Source of the DNA: a virus
Virus record (IMG/VR): IMGVR_UViG_3300008107_000012
Direction: 5' to 3' (one strand)
Length of the DNA: 64,000 bases
Under the pieces are notes generated by a model. That model was given only the letters and a program-made list of their open reading frames with translations, had not been told where the DNA came from and searched no databases. Every line of letters begins with the position of its first letter. Within the stretch, counting starts at the first letter, position 1. Made by a program: the position numbers and the translations under genes. Shown one piece after another: positions 9,066 to 20,050 of the stretch.

Positions 9066-11264
9066 ATGGCGACTCCTCAATTATCTCCTGGTGTACTTAT
9101 CAGAGAGGTTGATTTAACTGTAGGAAGAGCTGATAATGTTTTAGATAACATTGGAGCTATTGCGGGTCCTTTTGCAATTGGTCCAGTCGATGAAGCAGTT
9201 GATATTACTACAGAAAGAGAACTTATTAATGTTTTCGGAAAACCAATTTCGACAGATGCTCAATATGAATATTGGATGAGTGCATCATCATTTCTTTCAT
9301 ATGGGGGTGTTCTTAAGGTTGCTAGAGTAGATGGATCTAATCTAGTAAACGCAAATGCCATTCGCAACTCTTCTGGTGTCTCTACAGCAGGAGAACCTTC
9401 ACTTAAGATCAAAAATTTTGATGACTATCAAGCAAATTATGCGGATGATATTGCAAACTATATTTTTGCAGCAAAAACTCCAGGCTCTTGGTCAAATGAT
9501 CTGAAAGTATGCGTAATTGATGATAAGGCAGACCAAATTCTTAATGTAGGAGCAGCAATTACTACTCAAGCAACAGTTGGTATGGCTGTCACAACAGCTC
9601 TTACAAATGTTGTTTCTGCAGGAGTAGGAACTACTTCCGTATTCAATGGATATCTAAAGAGTATTATTACTGGGATTGGAGCAAGCACTCTTGATGTAAA
9701 GATCACTTCCGTAGTTAGCACAGGTGGAGTAGAAACTCCAGTAACTTACGCACAAAAATCTAGACTAAGATCCTTTACTCCTGCAACTGGTGGTGGATCA
9801 ATAACAGTTGCTTTAATAGATTCTTCTGGTGCTGAAGTTGACACTGCAACCATTAATACCGGATCCAATCCAATTAGAGATTGGTACGATCAACAAGTCC
9901 TTACTTTAAGTAATACTGCAATTTATTGGAATTCTATTGCACCTAAACCAGGTACATCACAATACGCAGTACAAAGAAATGGGAAGAGTGATGAAATTCA
10001 CGTAGTTATTGTTGACGATACTGGCACAGTTACTGGTACTCAAGGAACACTTTTAGAAAAGCATATTGGTTTGTCAAAGGCAACTGATGCAATTTCTGCA
10101 GTCAATTCACCTCAAAAAATATGGTGGAAAGATTACTTAGCTCAGTACTCAAACTATGTTTACGTTGGAGATAATCCTTCAGACGAATTAAATGTTAATG
10201 AACCAGTTTCTGCAACTGGATTCTCAACTGCATTTACAGAATATACCAATTCCGAAGGTCTTTGGAATAAAGATGCTCAAGACAGAACATACAGTGCTCT
10301 TGGAAATGTAACTTATAATCTCAGTGGAGGTAAAGATTATTCAAATAGTGGTGGAATGACTGCTACTTTAGGGGATTTAATTACCGCTTATAATCTTTTC
10401 AATAATAGAGATGAAATTCAAGTTGATTATTTAATTATGGGTCCAGGACTTGGTAATAAATTTGAATCCCAAGCAAAAGCAAATCACTTAATTTCTCTTG
10501 CAAATCAAAGAAAAGATTGCGTCGCAGTAATTTCTCCACATCGTACTGATGTTGTAGATGTCACAAATACTGATACTCAAACTGATAATGTTTTAGAATT
10601 TTTCTCCCCACTTTCATCATCTTCTTATGCAATATTTGATGCTGGGTATAAGTACACTTATGATAGATTCAATAATAAGTTCCGTTATATTCCTTGTAAC
10701 GCGGACGTTGCAGGTCTTTGTGTAAGAACTTCAATCTTTGCATATCCTTGGTTTTCACCTGCAGGTCAGCAAAGAGGAATCCTGAATAATGCGATTAAAC
10801 TTGCGTACAATCCATCTAAGGCACAAAGGGATCAACTTTATCCACAGAGAATTAACGCAATTATAAATCAACCTGGAATTGGAATTCTTCTCTTTGGAGA
10901 TAAAACTGCTCTTGGTTATGCTTCTGCGTTTGACAGAATTAATGTTCGTCGTCTATTCCTAACTGTTGAGCAAGCTCTTGAGAGATCTGCACAAGCACAA
11001 CTCTTTGAACTGAACGATGCTATTACGAGAGCAAACTTTGTCAACATTGTAGAACCATATCTCCGTGATGTTCAGGCAAAGAGAGGTCTTTATGGTTTCC
11101 TAGTTGTTTGCGATGAATCAAATAACACCCCAGATGTTATTGATAATAATGAATTCAGAGCAGACATTTATCTGAAGCCTGCGAAGTCTATTAACTATGT
11201 AACTCTAACATTCGTGGCAACCAGAACTGGTGTTGCGTTTGAAGAAGTTGTTGGAACTGTTTGA
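9066..11264 (+). CDS. gp18: tail sheath protein gp18
   Basis: SPGV..REVDLT, PWFSPAG..RG, FDRINVRRLF, KPAKSINY. Confidence 0.97.
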   Translation: MATPQLSPGVLIREVDLTVGRADNVLDNIGAIAGPFAIGPVDEAVDITTERELINVFGKPISTDAQYEYWMSASSFLSYGGVLKVARVDGSNLVNANAIRNSSGVSTAGEPSLKIKNFDDYQANYADDIANYIFAAKTPGSWSNDLKVCVIDDKADQILNVGAAITTQATVGMAVTTALTNVVSAGVGTTSVFNGYLKSIITGIGASTLDVKITSVVSTGGVETPVTYAQKSRLRSFTPATGGGSITVALIDSSGAEVDTATINTGSNPIRDWYDQQVLTLSNTAIYWNSIAPKPGTSQYAVQRNGKSDEIHVVIVDDTGTVTGTQGTLLEKHIGLSKATDAISAVNSPQKIWWKDYLAQYSNYVYVGDNPSDELNVNEPVSATGFSTAFTEYTNSEGLWNKDAQDRTYSALGNVTYNLSGGKDYSNSGGMTATLGDLITAYNLFNNRDEIQVDYLIMGPGLGNKFESQAKANHLISLANQRKDCVAVISPHRTDVVDVTNTDTQTDNVLEFFSPLSSSSYAIFDAGYKYTYDRFNNKFRYIPCNADVAGLCVRTSIFAYPWFSPAGQQRGILNNAIKLAYNPSKAQRDQLYPQRINAIINQPGIGILLFGDKTALGYASAFDRINVRRLFLTVEQALERSAQAQLFELNDAITRANFVNIVEPYLRDVQAKRGLYGFLVVCDESNNTPDVIDNNEFRADIYLKPAKSINYVTLTFVATRTGVAFEEVVGTV

Positions 11265-11296
11265 TTATTATAAATTAACCTAGGAGGATCCAAAAA

Positions 11297-11887
11297 ATGG
11301 CACACTCAATTCAAGACTTCAAAAAGGCACTTATTGGTGGAGGTGCAAGACCTAATCTATTTGAAGTTGCTATTCCAACTCTCCCAAATGGAGTTGATTT
11401 TGGAGGCACTGAAGGTCAAGATAACTTTAGTATGTTATGTAAAGCAGCAGCACTTCCAGCATCTAATATTGCATCAATCGACGTTCCTTTTAGAGGACGT
11501 ATTATGAAAGTTGCTGGTGACAGAACATTTGATACTTGGACAGTAACTGTTATTAATGACGAAAACTTTGCCATTAGAAATGCGATGGAAATTTGGATGC
11601 AGAAAATTGGACAATATGGAGACGCAAGTGGTGATACCAACCCTGCAGATTATATGGTTGATGCATATGTTAAACAACTGAAAAGATCTGCATCTGCTAC
11701 TGGATTTAATTCTGCAACTGGTGGAGGACTACAGGCAGCTGCTCTGTATAAATTTTATTCAATCTTCCCAACTAATATTGCTGCAATTGATCTTTCTTAT
11801 GATACTTCTGATACGATTGAAGAGTTTACTGTAGAATTCCAAGTTCAGTACTGGACTCCACAAGGCCCACAAGAGGCTTGGCAATAA
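11297..11887 (+). CDS. gp19: tail tube protein gp19
   Basis: GGARPNLFEV, PFRGR..K.AGDRTF..W, IEEF.V.FQ. Confidence 0.96.
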   Translation: MAHSIQDFKKALIGGGARPNLFEVAIPTLPNGVDFGGTEGQDNFSMLCKAAALPASNIASIDVPFRGRIMKVAGDRTFDTWTVTVINDENFAIRNAMEIWMQKIGQYGDASGDTNPADYMVDAYVKQLKRSASATGFNSATGGGLQAAALYKFYSIFPTNIAAIDLSYDTSDTIEEFTVEFQVQYWTPQGPQEAWQ

Positions 11888-11922
11888 GGATAAATATATC
11901 AAGATACGTTTAGACTTTAATA

Positions 11923-13611
11923 ATGGCAAAGTTATTTGGATTTTCTATTGAAGATACAGAACCACTGTCTCCGGGTGTCGTTTCTCCTGTTCCAGAGAAT
12001 AGAGAGGACGAATCAGATTACTACCTGAGCAGTGGTTTTTTTGGCTCTTATGTAGATATTGAAGGGGTATATAGAACAGAATTTGATTTAATTAAAAGAT
12101 ATCGTGAAATGGCACTTCATCCAGAATGTGATAGTGCCATTGAAGATATTGTCAATGAAGCTATTGTCAGTGATACAAATGATTCACCTATAGAAATTGA
12201 GCTATCTAATTTAAATGCTAGTGATGGCATCAAAAATAAAATACGACAAGAATTTAAATATATTTTATCTTTGTTAGATTTTGATAAAAAATCTCACGAA
12301 ATTTATAGGAATTGGTATGTTGATGGAAGACTATATTATCATAAGGTTATTGACTTAAAAGATCCTCACGCAGGGATTCAAGAGTTGAGATATATTGATC
12401 CAATGAAAATGCGTTATGTGAGGCAGCAGAAAAAAACAGAAAAGCAAAATAAAGTTTACAGACTATCAGGATCAAATTCAGACGATCCTATGAATTATGA
12501 ATTTCCTCAAATTGAGGAATACTTTATCTATAACCCAAAAATGAATTATCCAACATCAAATCCTTCTTCTATGGGAGGAACTGGTGGGGTTAAATTTACT
12601 AGAGATTCTATTACTTATTGCACTTCAGGTTTAGTAGATAGAAATAAAGGTTCAACACTATCATATCTGCATAAGGCAATTAAATCTCTCAATCAACTAA
12701 GAATGATTGAGGACTCTCTTGTAATTTATAGACTTTCCAGAGCACCAGAACGTCGTATTTTCTACATCGATGTAGGTAATCTTCCAAAAGTAAAGGCAGA
12801 GCAATATCTTCGTGATGTTATGATGCGTTATCGTAATAAACTTGTGTATGATGCAAATACCGGAGAAATTCGTGATGATCGTAAGTTTATGGCAATGCTT
12901 GAGGACTTCTGGCTTCCTCGTCGTGAAGGGGGTAGAGGCACTGAGATCTCTACACTTCCTGGTGGTCAAAATCTTGGAGAAATTACTGATATTGAATACT
13001 TTAAAAAGAAACTTTATCGTTCTTTGAATGTTCCTCCATCAAGAATGGACGGAGAAGGTGGGTTTAATCTCGGTCGTTCTTCCGAAATTCTTCGGGATGA
13101 AGTTAAGTTCAGCAAATTTGTTGCTCGTTTAAGAAAAAGATTTTCTTATATGTTCCACGATATGCTAAAAACTCAACTAATTCTTAAAAATATTATTACT
13201 CCAGAAGACTGGAATACAATGGAGGAACATATTCAATATGACTTTTTATATGACAATCACTTTGCGGAACTTAAGGATGCTGAACTTCTAAATGAAAGAC
13301 TGAATATGGTTCAGATTGCCGAACCATATGTTGGCAAATATTTCTCTCAAGATTATCTGAGACGTAAAATTCTTCGTCAGACTGATGAAGAGATTCTTGA
13401 GCAAGATAAAATTATGAAAAAAGAAATTGAAGATGGAATCATTCCTGATCCTAATGCTCCAGTAGATCCTACAACTGGTATGCCTTTGGGACCAGAAACC
13501 GCACAAATGGATCTTGGTCAACCAGTAATGGAACCAAATCTTGATGCACAAGGAAAAGCAACTCAAGTAGATGCTAAAGTTGCAGAAATGCCCAAGGGTG
13601 GGGAAATATAA
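11923..13611 (+). CDS. gp20: portal protein gp20
   Basis: IYRLSRAPERRIFYIDVGNLPK.KAEQYL, EDFWLPRREGGRGTEI.TLPGG. Confidence 0.97.
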   Translation: MAKLFGFSIEDTEPLSPGVVSPVPENREDESDYYLSSGFFGSYVDIEGVYRTEFDLIKRYREMALHPECDSAIEDIVNEAIVSDTNDSPIEIELSNLNASDGIKNKIRQEFKYILSLLDFDKKSHEIYRNWYVDGRLYYHKVIDLKDPHAGIQELRYIDPMKMRYVRQQKKTEKQNKVYRLSGSNSDDPMNYEFPQIEEYFIYNPKMNYPTSNPSSMGGTGGVKFTRDSITYCTSGLVDRNKGSTLSYLHKAIKSLNQLRMIEDSLVIYRLSRAPERRIFYIDVGNLPKVKAEQYLRDVMMRYRNKLVYDANTGEIRDDRKFMAMLEDFWLPRREGGRGTEISTLPGGQNLGEITDIEYFKKKLYRSLNVPPSRMDGEGGFNLGRSSEILRDEVKFSKFVARLRKRFSYMFHDMLKTQLILKNIITPEDWNTMEEHIQYDFLYDNHFAELKDAELLNERLNMVQIAEPYVGKYFSQDYLRRKILRQTDEEILEQDKIMKKEIEDGIIPDPNAPVDPTTGMPLGPETAQMDLGQPVMEPNLDAQGKATQVDAKVAEMPKGGEI

Positions 13612-13639
13612 ATAGAAAAAATTACTTTAGGTATTAAAA

Positions 13640-13801
13640 ATGGATGATCTTTTAGATATGATTGCTGCTGATGAATCTCCTTCTCAGATCAGTGATAAAA
13701 TTAAAGAATTAATTTTTACACGAACTGCAGAAAAAATTGATGAATTAAGACCTACAGTAGCAATGAGTATGTTTGGGCAAGAAACACAAACCGAGGAATG
13801 A
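13640..13801 (+). CDS. small acidic protein, prohead-core-like position (53 aa, not in ORF track)
   Basis: MDDLLDMIAADESPSQISDKIKELIF...EE*; follows late promoter 13607. Confidence 0.65.
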   Translation: MDDLLDMIAADESPSQISDKIKELIFTRTAEKIDELRPTVAMSMFGQETQTEE

Positions 13802-13802
13802 T

Positions 13803-14123
13803 ATGAAATCTTTCAAGCAATTTATATCTGAATCAGTTAATATTGCTGGAGATTTTACAGGAAATCTTTATATCAACTCACAACCAGAACACCAACAACA
13901 AGTTGGTGAGGAATATGTTGCCGATGTAATGTGGCAAGGAAGTTTATATCGTTTAGAACTTATTACTAAAACAGGAATTCCTTCTCCAAGAGATCTTGGT
14001 GAACAACTGCAATCTGATTATCCCGGAGCAGTTGTTCACCAAATTTATCCAGTAACAGAAAAAAATTTAAACATCAAGAATGCACAAAGATACCACCCAT
14101 CAAAATTAGAATGGATTGATTGA
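13803..14123 (+). CDS. hypothetical protein with T4 internal-protein-like capsid-targeting N-terminus
   Basis: True start probably ATG 13803: MKSFKQFISE. Confidence 0.7.
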   Translation: MKSFKQFISESVNIAGDFTGNLYINSQPEHQQQVGEEYVADVMWQGSLYRLELITKTGIPSPRDLGEQLQSDYPGAVVHQIYPVTEKNLNIKNAQRYHPSKLEWID

Positions 14124-14126
14124 TAA

Positions 14127-15464
14127 ATGGCTCAGTGGAATATAACTACTCAAGATTATTTAAATCAAGAAAGATCCCTCTTTGAGGTTTATATGAGGGC
14201 TAATAAGTATGGGGAAATTTATGAAGATTTAGGACAAGGATTTTCTGGAGATGCTTTCGGAAGACTGAGAACATCAACTCCTTTCACTCTTGGAGATTAT
14301 AAGCATCTTTATTCTATTGATCCTGACTTTATAGATGTGAAGGTAGGAACTGGAGCAACTGTAACTTTTGATGGTAATCAGGCAGCAGCAATTTTAAGTT
14401 CTGGTATCAGTACTGATGGATATTGTATTCATCAGACAAAGAGATATCATCATTATATGCCTGGTAAATCTCAGGTCATTTATTCAACATTTAATTATGG
14501 TGCAGCACAACAAAATGTATATAAGAGAACTGGGTATTTTGATGATAGGGATGGGATCTTCTTTGAGCAAGCACCAGATGGCACTTTGAGTTTTGTGATC
14601 AGATCTTATGTAACTGGAATTGCTTCAGATAGGAGAGTTATTCAATCTGAATGGAATAAGGATACACTGGATGGAAATGGTCCTTCTGGATTTAATCTGG
14701 ACATTACCAAAACTCAATTATTCATGACTGATTTTGAGTGGTTGGGTGTTGGTAGAGTTCGTTGTGGATTTAGTATAGACGGATATAATATTATTGCTCA
14801 TGAATTTTATAATGCAAATCATCTTCCAACAGTTTATATGTCTAATCCAAACCTTCCAGTAAGGTGTGAGGTTAGAAATACTGGAGCCCAAGTAGGTGCT
14901 GGAGGATCTTTTATTCAAATTTGCTCTACTGTAATGAGTGAGGGTGGATATACAGAGTCTGGTAGAGAATATTCACATACATCAAATCTCAGAACTGTTG
15001 GGGTTGGCACTACTGTTCCTATTCTGGCAATTAAACTTAAAAATTCATTTAAGGGTTATCCAAATAGAGCAACGGTAAAACTTGAAGATGTTTCAGTATT
15101 TTCAAATGGTGCGAATGTAAAATATGAAGTCGTAAAGTTAAGAAGTTCTGCTGCACTTGCTGGAGTAGGAACTTGGATTTCTGAGAATGATGAGTCTGTT
15201 GTTGAATACAATCAATCTTTAACTGGAATTAGCACTGCATATTTTGAAGACTTTATGGGTGGTTTTGCTGTAGGAGAAAGTCAAAATTCACAAAAACCAT
15301 CTGCAACAACTGCGGATACTCAGTCAGGTCCAACTTCAAAAAAAAATTATCTCTCCCAAAATTATGATTCTACAGATTCTGAGATTTTTTCAGTTCGTGT
15401 AACAAATATAGGTGATGCTAGCACTAATGTTGGAGTATCTTTAAGGTGGAGGGAGATTTACTAA
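14127..15464 (+). CDS. hypothetical beta-rich virion protein
   Basis: DAFGRLR, Y.PGKSQ, D.EWLGVG.VR.GF; lies in the head operon. Confidence 0.6.
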   Translation: MAQWNITTQDYLNQERSLFEVYMRANKYGEIYEDLGQGFSGDAFGRLRTSTPFTLGDYKHLYSIDPDFIDVKVGTGATVTFDGNQAAAILSSGISTDGYCIHQTKRYHHYMPGKSQVIYSTFNYGAAQQNVYKRTGYFDDRDGIFFEQAPDGTLSFVIRSYVTGIASDRRVIQSEWNKDTLDGNGPSGFNLDITKTQLFMTDFEWLGVGRVRCGFSIDGYNIIAHEFYNANHLPTVYMSNPNLPVRCEVRNTGAQVGAGGSFIQICSTVMSEGGYTESGREYSHTSNLRTVGVGTTVPILAIKLKNSFKGYPNRATVKLEDVSVFSNGANVKYEVVKLRSSAALAGVGTWISENDESVVEYNQSLTGISTAYFEDFMGGFAVGESQNSQKPSATTADTQSGPTSKKNYLSQNYDSTDSEIFSVRVTNIGDASTNVGVSLRWREIY

Positions 15465-15498
15465 TTTAATAAATAACTAAAAGTTTATTATACGAATA

Positions 15499-16050
15499 AT
15501 GGCTCATAGACCAGTTGGATCTGGTGCATCAGTTGCATTTACTGCAGGGGCTGCATCAACATCATCCTCATTTTCAGTTCAATCAAGTGTTTTGAGAGTA
15601 GTTGCCGTTGGTGGTGGTGCTCATATTTCAGTTGGTGCAACTCCTACTGCAACAAATACAGATTATTATGTTCCCTCTGGAGGAACTGCAACTCTTGCAC
15701 TTTCAAAGGCATCAAACCGTGTTGTTGGAGTTACAACTGGTACTACTACAACAATTATTGTTCCAGAGGGAACTCAAGTTCCATTTGAAGTTGATGAGTA
15801 TGTTTCTCTGGTTGCAGTTGGGCAGTCTTATTATGACTTCACTCACCAAAAAGTTTTATCTGTAGATACAACTTCGGGAGTTAATGGATACCATCAAACT
15901 AGAATGACTGTTAATCATAACACGAGTGGTATTGCTACTGCATTTTCTGCAATTGATGCCACAATTATTAGATCAAATAAAGTTTCTGTATATGGCGTAG
16001 GTTCAGGAACACTTTATTATCAACAAGTTCAAATCTCAGGAGATGCCTAA
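15499..16050 (+). CDS. hypothetical virion structural protein
   Basis: 183-aa Gly/Thr/Ser-rich ORF directly upstream of gp21. Confidence 0.6.
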   Translation: MAHRPVGSGASVAFTAGAASTSSSFSVQSSVLRVVAVGGGAHISVGATPTATNTDYYVPSGGTATLALSKASNRVVGVTTGTTTTIIVPEGTQVPFEVDEYVSLVAVGQSYYDFTHQKVLSVDTTSGVNGYHQTRMTVNHNTSGIATAFSAIDATIIRSNKVSVYGVGSGTLYYQQVQISGDA

Positions 16051-16704
16051 ATGAAACTCATCACAGAAGAAATTGAAAAGGTAGAAGTAATTACCGAAGG
16101 TACAGGAAAGGACAAAAAACTTTTTATTCAAGGACCTTTTCTTCAAGCAGAATGCGTAAATCGTAATGGACGTATGTATCCAATGTCCATTATGGAACGT
16201 GAAGTAAAAAGATATACTGAGCAATATATTAATAAAGGTCGTGCTCTTGGTGAACTTGGACATCCAGATGGCCCTACTGTAAACCTGGATAGAGTTTCTC
16301 ATAAAATTATGGCTCTTACTCAAGAGGGAAATAATTTTATCGGTAAAGCACAAATTCTCTCTACCCCAATGGGTAAGATTGCAGAATCACTTCTAAAAGA
16401 AGGTGTTTGTCTAGGCGTTTCTTCTCGTGGAATTGGTTCTCTAAGAGAAAACATTAGGGGTGGATACAAAGAAGTAGGTGAAGATTTTATGCTTGCAACT
16501 GCTGCAGATATTGTTGCAGACCCTTCAGCTCCAGACGCATTTGTTCAGGGGATTATGGAAGGTAAAGAGTGGATTTGGGATGGTGGAGTACTAAGAGAAA
16601 AAGCAGCAGAAAATACAAAACATAGAATAAATACTCTAGTAGATCAAGGTATTTTGGAAGATTATAAATTATCCTTATTCAGTGAGTTTTTAAATAATCT
16701 TTAA
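16051..16704 (+). CDS. gp21: prohead protease gp21
   Basis: MKLITE, NRNGR.Y, RALGELGHP, GVSSRG.GS, D.VADPSAPDAFV. Confidence 0.96.
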   Translation: MKLITEEIEKVEVITEGTGKDKKLFIQGPFLQAECVNRNGRMYPMSIMEREVKRYTEQYINKGRALGELGHPDGPTVNLDRVSHKIMALTQEGNNFIGKAQILSTPMGKIAESLLKEGVCLGVSSRGIGSLRENIRGGYKEVGEDFMLATAADIVADPSAPDAFVQGIMEGKEWIWDGGVLREKAAENTKHRINTLVDQGILEDYKLSLFSEFLNNL

Positions 16705-16770
16705 TACACTGCAATTTATTAATTTATAAATAAATATAGTTTATAACTAAAGGTTAAACGGAGAGTTCAA

Positions 16771-17943
16771 ATGTCTCGTGGAGATTTACAAGAAATGGAA
16801 GTAGGCACTAAGCAATCCAAAACCGCTGTTAATGCTAATGCCAAAGCAGCGGAAGCGATGCCAAAACTAACTACAGGTATTCCCGATGGTCAAACTGCGG
16901 GATGGGAAGATCTTGGAGGTCCTGATCCTTCAAACTATCGTCCAGATGATGATTCAGCAAAATTAAAAACACCTGGAGCAACTCTTAAGCAAGTTAAAAA
17001 CGTTGTCAATAAAGGGGCAAGTGCTGCTGACGCAATGAAGGGTCTTCATAAGGAAGAAGAAGAACTAGAAGATGAAGATCTAATTGAAGAAGAGAATGAT
17101 GAAGAACTCTTAGAAGCTAAAGATAAGGAAGAAGAGGAAGAAGGCGAAGAGGAAGAGGAAGAAGAAGGCGAAGAGGAGGAAGAGGAAGAAGGTGGTAAGA
17201 AGAAGAAAATGGAAGAAGAGTTTGACATCGATGAAGATGTCAATGCTCTTCTAGAAGGTGAAGAGCTTTCTGAGGAATTCCAAGAGAAAGCAAAAATTAT
17301 TTTTGAAGCTGCTATTCGTTCAAGAGTTTTAGAAATTAAAGAATCTCTTGAAGAAGAATATGCTGTTGCTCTTGCTGAAGAAGTTGAAGAAATTAAGACA
17401 GTACTCGAAGAGCGTGTAGACGCTTATCTTGAGTATGTTGCTGAAGAATGGATGCAAGAGAATGAATTAGTCATTGAGCAAGGTCTTAAGTCAGAAATGA
17501 CTGAATCATTCCTTGCTGGAATGAAAAATCTTTTTGAAGAACATTATGTATCAATCCCTGAAGAGAAATATGATGTGTTAGAGAGTATGGTAGAAAAACT
17601 TGATGAAATGGAGACAAAACTCAACGAGCAAATCGAGAAGAATGTTTCCCTAAACAAACGTCTCGCAGAGGCAGTTGCTGAGGGAATTTTTGAACAAGTC
17701 TCTGATGGTCTTGCAGACACTCAGAAAGACAAGCTCGCTTCACTTGCTGAAAGTGTTGAGTTTGAAAGTGAAAAAGAATATCGTGAAAAACTGGAGACTT
17801 TGAAGGAATCATATTTTCCTTCAAGAGTAGTTTCTCCTTCGACTAAAACTGAAACTCTTTCAGAAAGCACTGAAGTAGTTCAAGAACCAGTTTCTGACTC
17901 AATGGCTGCTTATCTGAGAACTCTTTCAGCATTTAGTAAATAA
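16771..17943 (+). CDS. gp22: prohead core scaffold gp22
   Basis: Acidic coiled coil; A..IFEAA, YLEYV.EEW..EN; between gp21 and gp23. Confidence 0.92.
   Translation: MSRGDLQEMEVGTKQSKTAVNANAKAAEAMPKLTTGIPDGQTAGWEDLGGPDPSNYRPDDDSAKLKTPGATLKQVKNVVNKGASAADAMKGLHKEEEELEDEDLIEEENDEELLEAKDKEEEEEGEEEEEEEGEEEEEEEGGKKKKMEEEFDIDEDVNALLEGEELSEEFQEKAKIIFEAAIRSRVLEIKESLEEEYAVALAEEVEEIKTVLEERVDAYLEYVAEEWMQENELVIEQGLKSEMTESFLAGMKNLFEEHYVSIPEEKYDVLESMVEKLDEMETKLNEQIEKNVSLNKRLAEAVAEGIFEQVSDGLADTQKDKLASLAESVEFESEKEYREKLETLKESYFPSRVVSPSTKTETLSESTEVVQEPVSDSMAAYLRTLSAFSK
17128..17192 (+). repeat. GAR-rich tandem repeat encoding a poly-Glu tract (EEEEEG-type units) in gp22
   Basis: gaagaggaagaaggcgaagaggaagaggaagaagaaggcgaagagg... 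Confidence 0.8.
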
Positions 17944-17997
17944 TTGAATTTAATATAATTCAAACACAAAAACACAATTAGTAAAAGGTAAACGCAA

Positions 17998-19425
17998 ATG
18001 TTTCATTCAGAACATCTGCAGGAAAAGTGGGCACCTCTTTTAGACTATCAGGGTCTTGATCCAATCAAAGATTCTCATCGTAGAGCTGTTACCGCTGTCC
18101 TGCTCGAAAACCAAGAGAGATTTTTAAGAGAAGAAACAGCTTTTAATTCAGGTGGCATTGGCAACCTGATGGAAGCACCAAATATGAATACTGGTAGCAC
18201 CGTAAGTGCTGCTGGTTTCGGTGGTAGTGCTGCTGCTGGTGGTCCTACCGCAGGTTTCGATCCAGTTCTAATTTCACTCATCCGTCGTTCAATGCCTAAC
18301 CTGGTCGCATATGACCTGGCTGGCGTTCAACCAATGAGTGGTCCTACTGGACTCATCTTTGCGATGCGTTCACGTTACACCAACCAGTCCGGAACTGAAA
18401 CCTTCTATGATGAAGTAGATTCAGCATTCTCCGGTCAAAATGCAGGATTTGGTAACACTGCATTTACTGATGTTGGTGCTGGTATGGGTACTACTTCACA
18501 AAGTGGAACCAACCCATCAGTTCTAAACCCAGTTTCTGCTGGTACTTCAACATCTTATGATGTTGGTCAGGGTATGTATACCCAAGAGGCAGAAAACCTT
18601 GACGGTAATGCAGGAAGTGCCTTCAACCAGATGGCATTCTCCATCGAGAAGGTCACTGTTACTGCCAAGAGCCGTGCTCTGAAAGCAGAATACAGCCTTG
18701 AGCTTGCTCAGGACCTGAAGGCAATCCACGGTCTGAATGCAGAAGCTGAGTTGGCAAACATTCTGTCAACTGAGATTCTTGCTGAAATCAACCGTGAAGT
18801 CATCAGAACCATCTACAAGGTTGCTGAACAGGGTGCTGCTCAAAACGTAGCAACTGCTGGTGTATTCGACCTTGACGTTGACTCCAACGGTCGTTGGTCA
18901 GTTGAGAAGTTCAAGGGTCTTCTTTTCCAAATCGAGCGTGATGCAAACGCAATTGCACAAAGAACTCGTAGAGGAAAGGGTAACATCATCATGTGCTCTG
19001 CTGACGTTGCTTCAGCACTGACCATGGCTGGTGTTCTCGACTACACCCCTGCACTTAATGCAAACCTTTCAGTTGATGATACTGGCAACACTTTTGCTGG
19101 TACTCTGATGGGCAAATTCCGTGTCTATATTGATCCATATGCTGCTAACCTGACTTCAGGTAATGCCACTAGTGGTAATCAGTACTACGTTGTAGGTTAC
19201 AAGGGTTCCAGCCCATATGATGCTGGTCTCTTCTACTGCCCATATGTTCCTCTCCAAATGGTACGTGCCGTTGGTGAGAACTCCTTCCAGCCCAAGATTG
19301 GCTTTAAGACCCGTTATGGTCTTGTTGCTAACCCATTTGCTGAAGGCAAAACTCAAGGTCTCGGTGCTCTTACTGTTAATAGCAACCGTTATTACAGAAG
19401 AGTTGCTGTAAAAAATCTTATGTGA
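17998..19425 (+). CDS. gp23: major capsid protein gp23
   Basis: GVQPM.GPTGLIFAMRS, KSRALKAEYS.ELAQDLKAIHGL.AE.EL, FQPKIGFKTRYG. Confidence 0.98.
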   Translation: MFHSEHLQEKWAPLLDYQGLDPIKDSHRRAVTAVLLENQERFLREETAFNSGGIGNLMEAPNMNTGSTVSAAGFGGSAAAGGPTAGFDPVLISLIRRSMPNLVAYDLAGVQPMSGPTGLIFAMRSRYTNQSGTETFYDEVDSAFSGQNAGFGNTAFTDVGAGMGTTSQSGTNPSVLNPVSAGTSTSYDVGQGMYTQEAENLDGNAGSAFNQMAFSIEKVTVTAKSRALKAEYSLELAQDLKAIHGLNAEAELANILSTEILAEINREVIRTIYKVAEQGAAQNVATAGVFDLDVDSNGRWSVEKFKGLLFQIERDANAIAQRTRRGKGNIIMCSADVASALTMAGVLDYTPALNANLSVDDTGNTFAGTLMGKFRVYIDPYAANLTSGNATSGNQYYVVGYKGSSPYDAGLFYCPYVPLQMVRAVGENSFQPKIGFKTRYGLVANPFAEGKTQGLGALTVNSNRYYRRVAVKNLM

Positions 19426-19446
19426 ATTATTTCACATAAATTATTC

Positions 19447-19472
19447 AGAGACCCGAAAGGGTCTCTTTTTTT
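19447..19472 (+). terminator. intrinsic terminator after gp23
   Basis: agagaccc-gaaa-gggtctct followed by a T run. Confidence 0.9.
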
Positions 19473-19492
19473 ATCTAAATATTTAAAAAAAG

Positions 19493-20050
19493 ATGACTAA
19501 AGGACAAATTGAGAATAGAAATTATCTATCTCCAACAGGGTTTAAATTCTCTTTGGTAAGAGAACCCAAAGTTGCCTTTTTTTGTAATCAAGCAAACATA
19601 CCAGATCTAAATCTTGGGATTGCTATTCAACCCACATATACAAAAATGCTCCCAACTCCAGGAGATATTATTGAGTTTGGAGATTTAAATTTGCGTTTTC
19701 TTGTCGATGAAAATCTTGAAAACTATATGGCAATTCAAAATTGGATACGTGGTCTTGGATTTCCAGAAAGATTAGAGCAATTCGGTCAGTTAGAAAAGCA
19801 AGGTTCTGTATCAGGAAATTATGTAAAAGATCGGCAAAATGTTTACTCTGATGGAACTTTACAAGTTCTTACAAGTAGTCAAATACCAAATTTTAAAATA
19901 ATTTTTAGAGACTTATTTCCATATACATTATCTACACTAACTTTTGATGCCACAGATACTGACATTCAGTACTTTACGGCAGAGGTAAGTTTCAAGTATA
20001 CTATCTATGATATTGTAGATTTGAGTGGAAAACCACTATATGGATATTAG
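19493..20050 (+). CDS. gp3: tail tube terminator/completion protein gp3
   Basis: N.LSP.GFKF, F.VDE.LENY..I.NW, SD.TL..L, F.D.FP..LS. Confidence 0.88.
   Translation: MTKGQIENRNYLSPTGFKFSLVREPKVAFFCNQANIPDLNLGIAIQPTYTKMLPTPGDIIEFGDLNLRFLVDENLENYMAIQNWIRGLGFPERLEQFGQLEKQGSVSGNYVKDRQNVYSDGTLQVLTSSQIPNFKIIFRDLFPYTLSTLTFDATDTDIQYFTAEVSFKYTIYDIVDLSGKPLYGY

Noticed and set aside
17046-17243. Poly-Ser antisense ORF
   Set aside because: Reverse complement of the gp22 poly-Glu tract.
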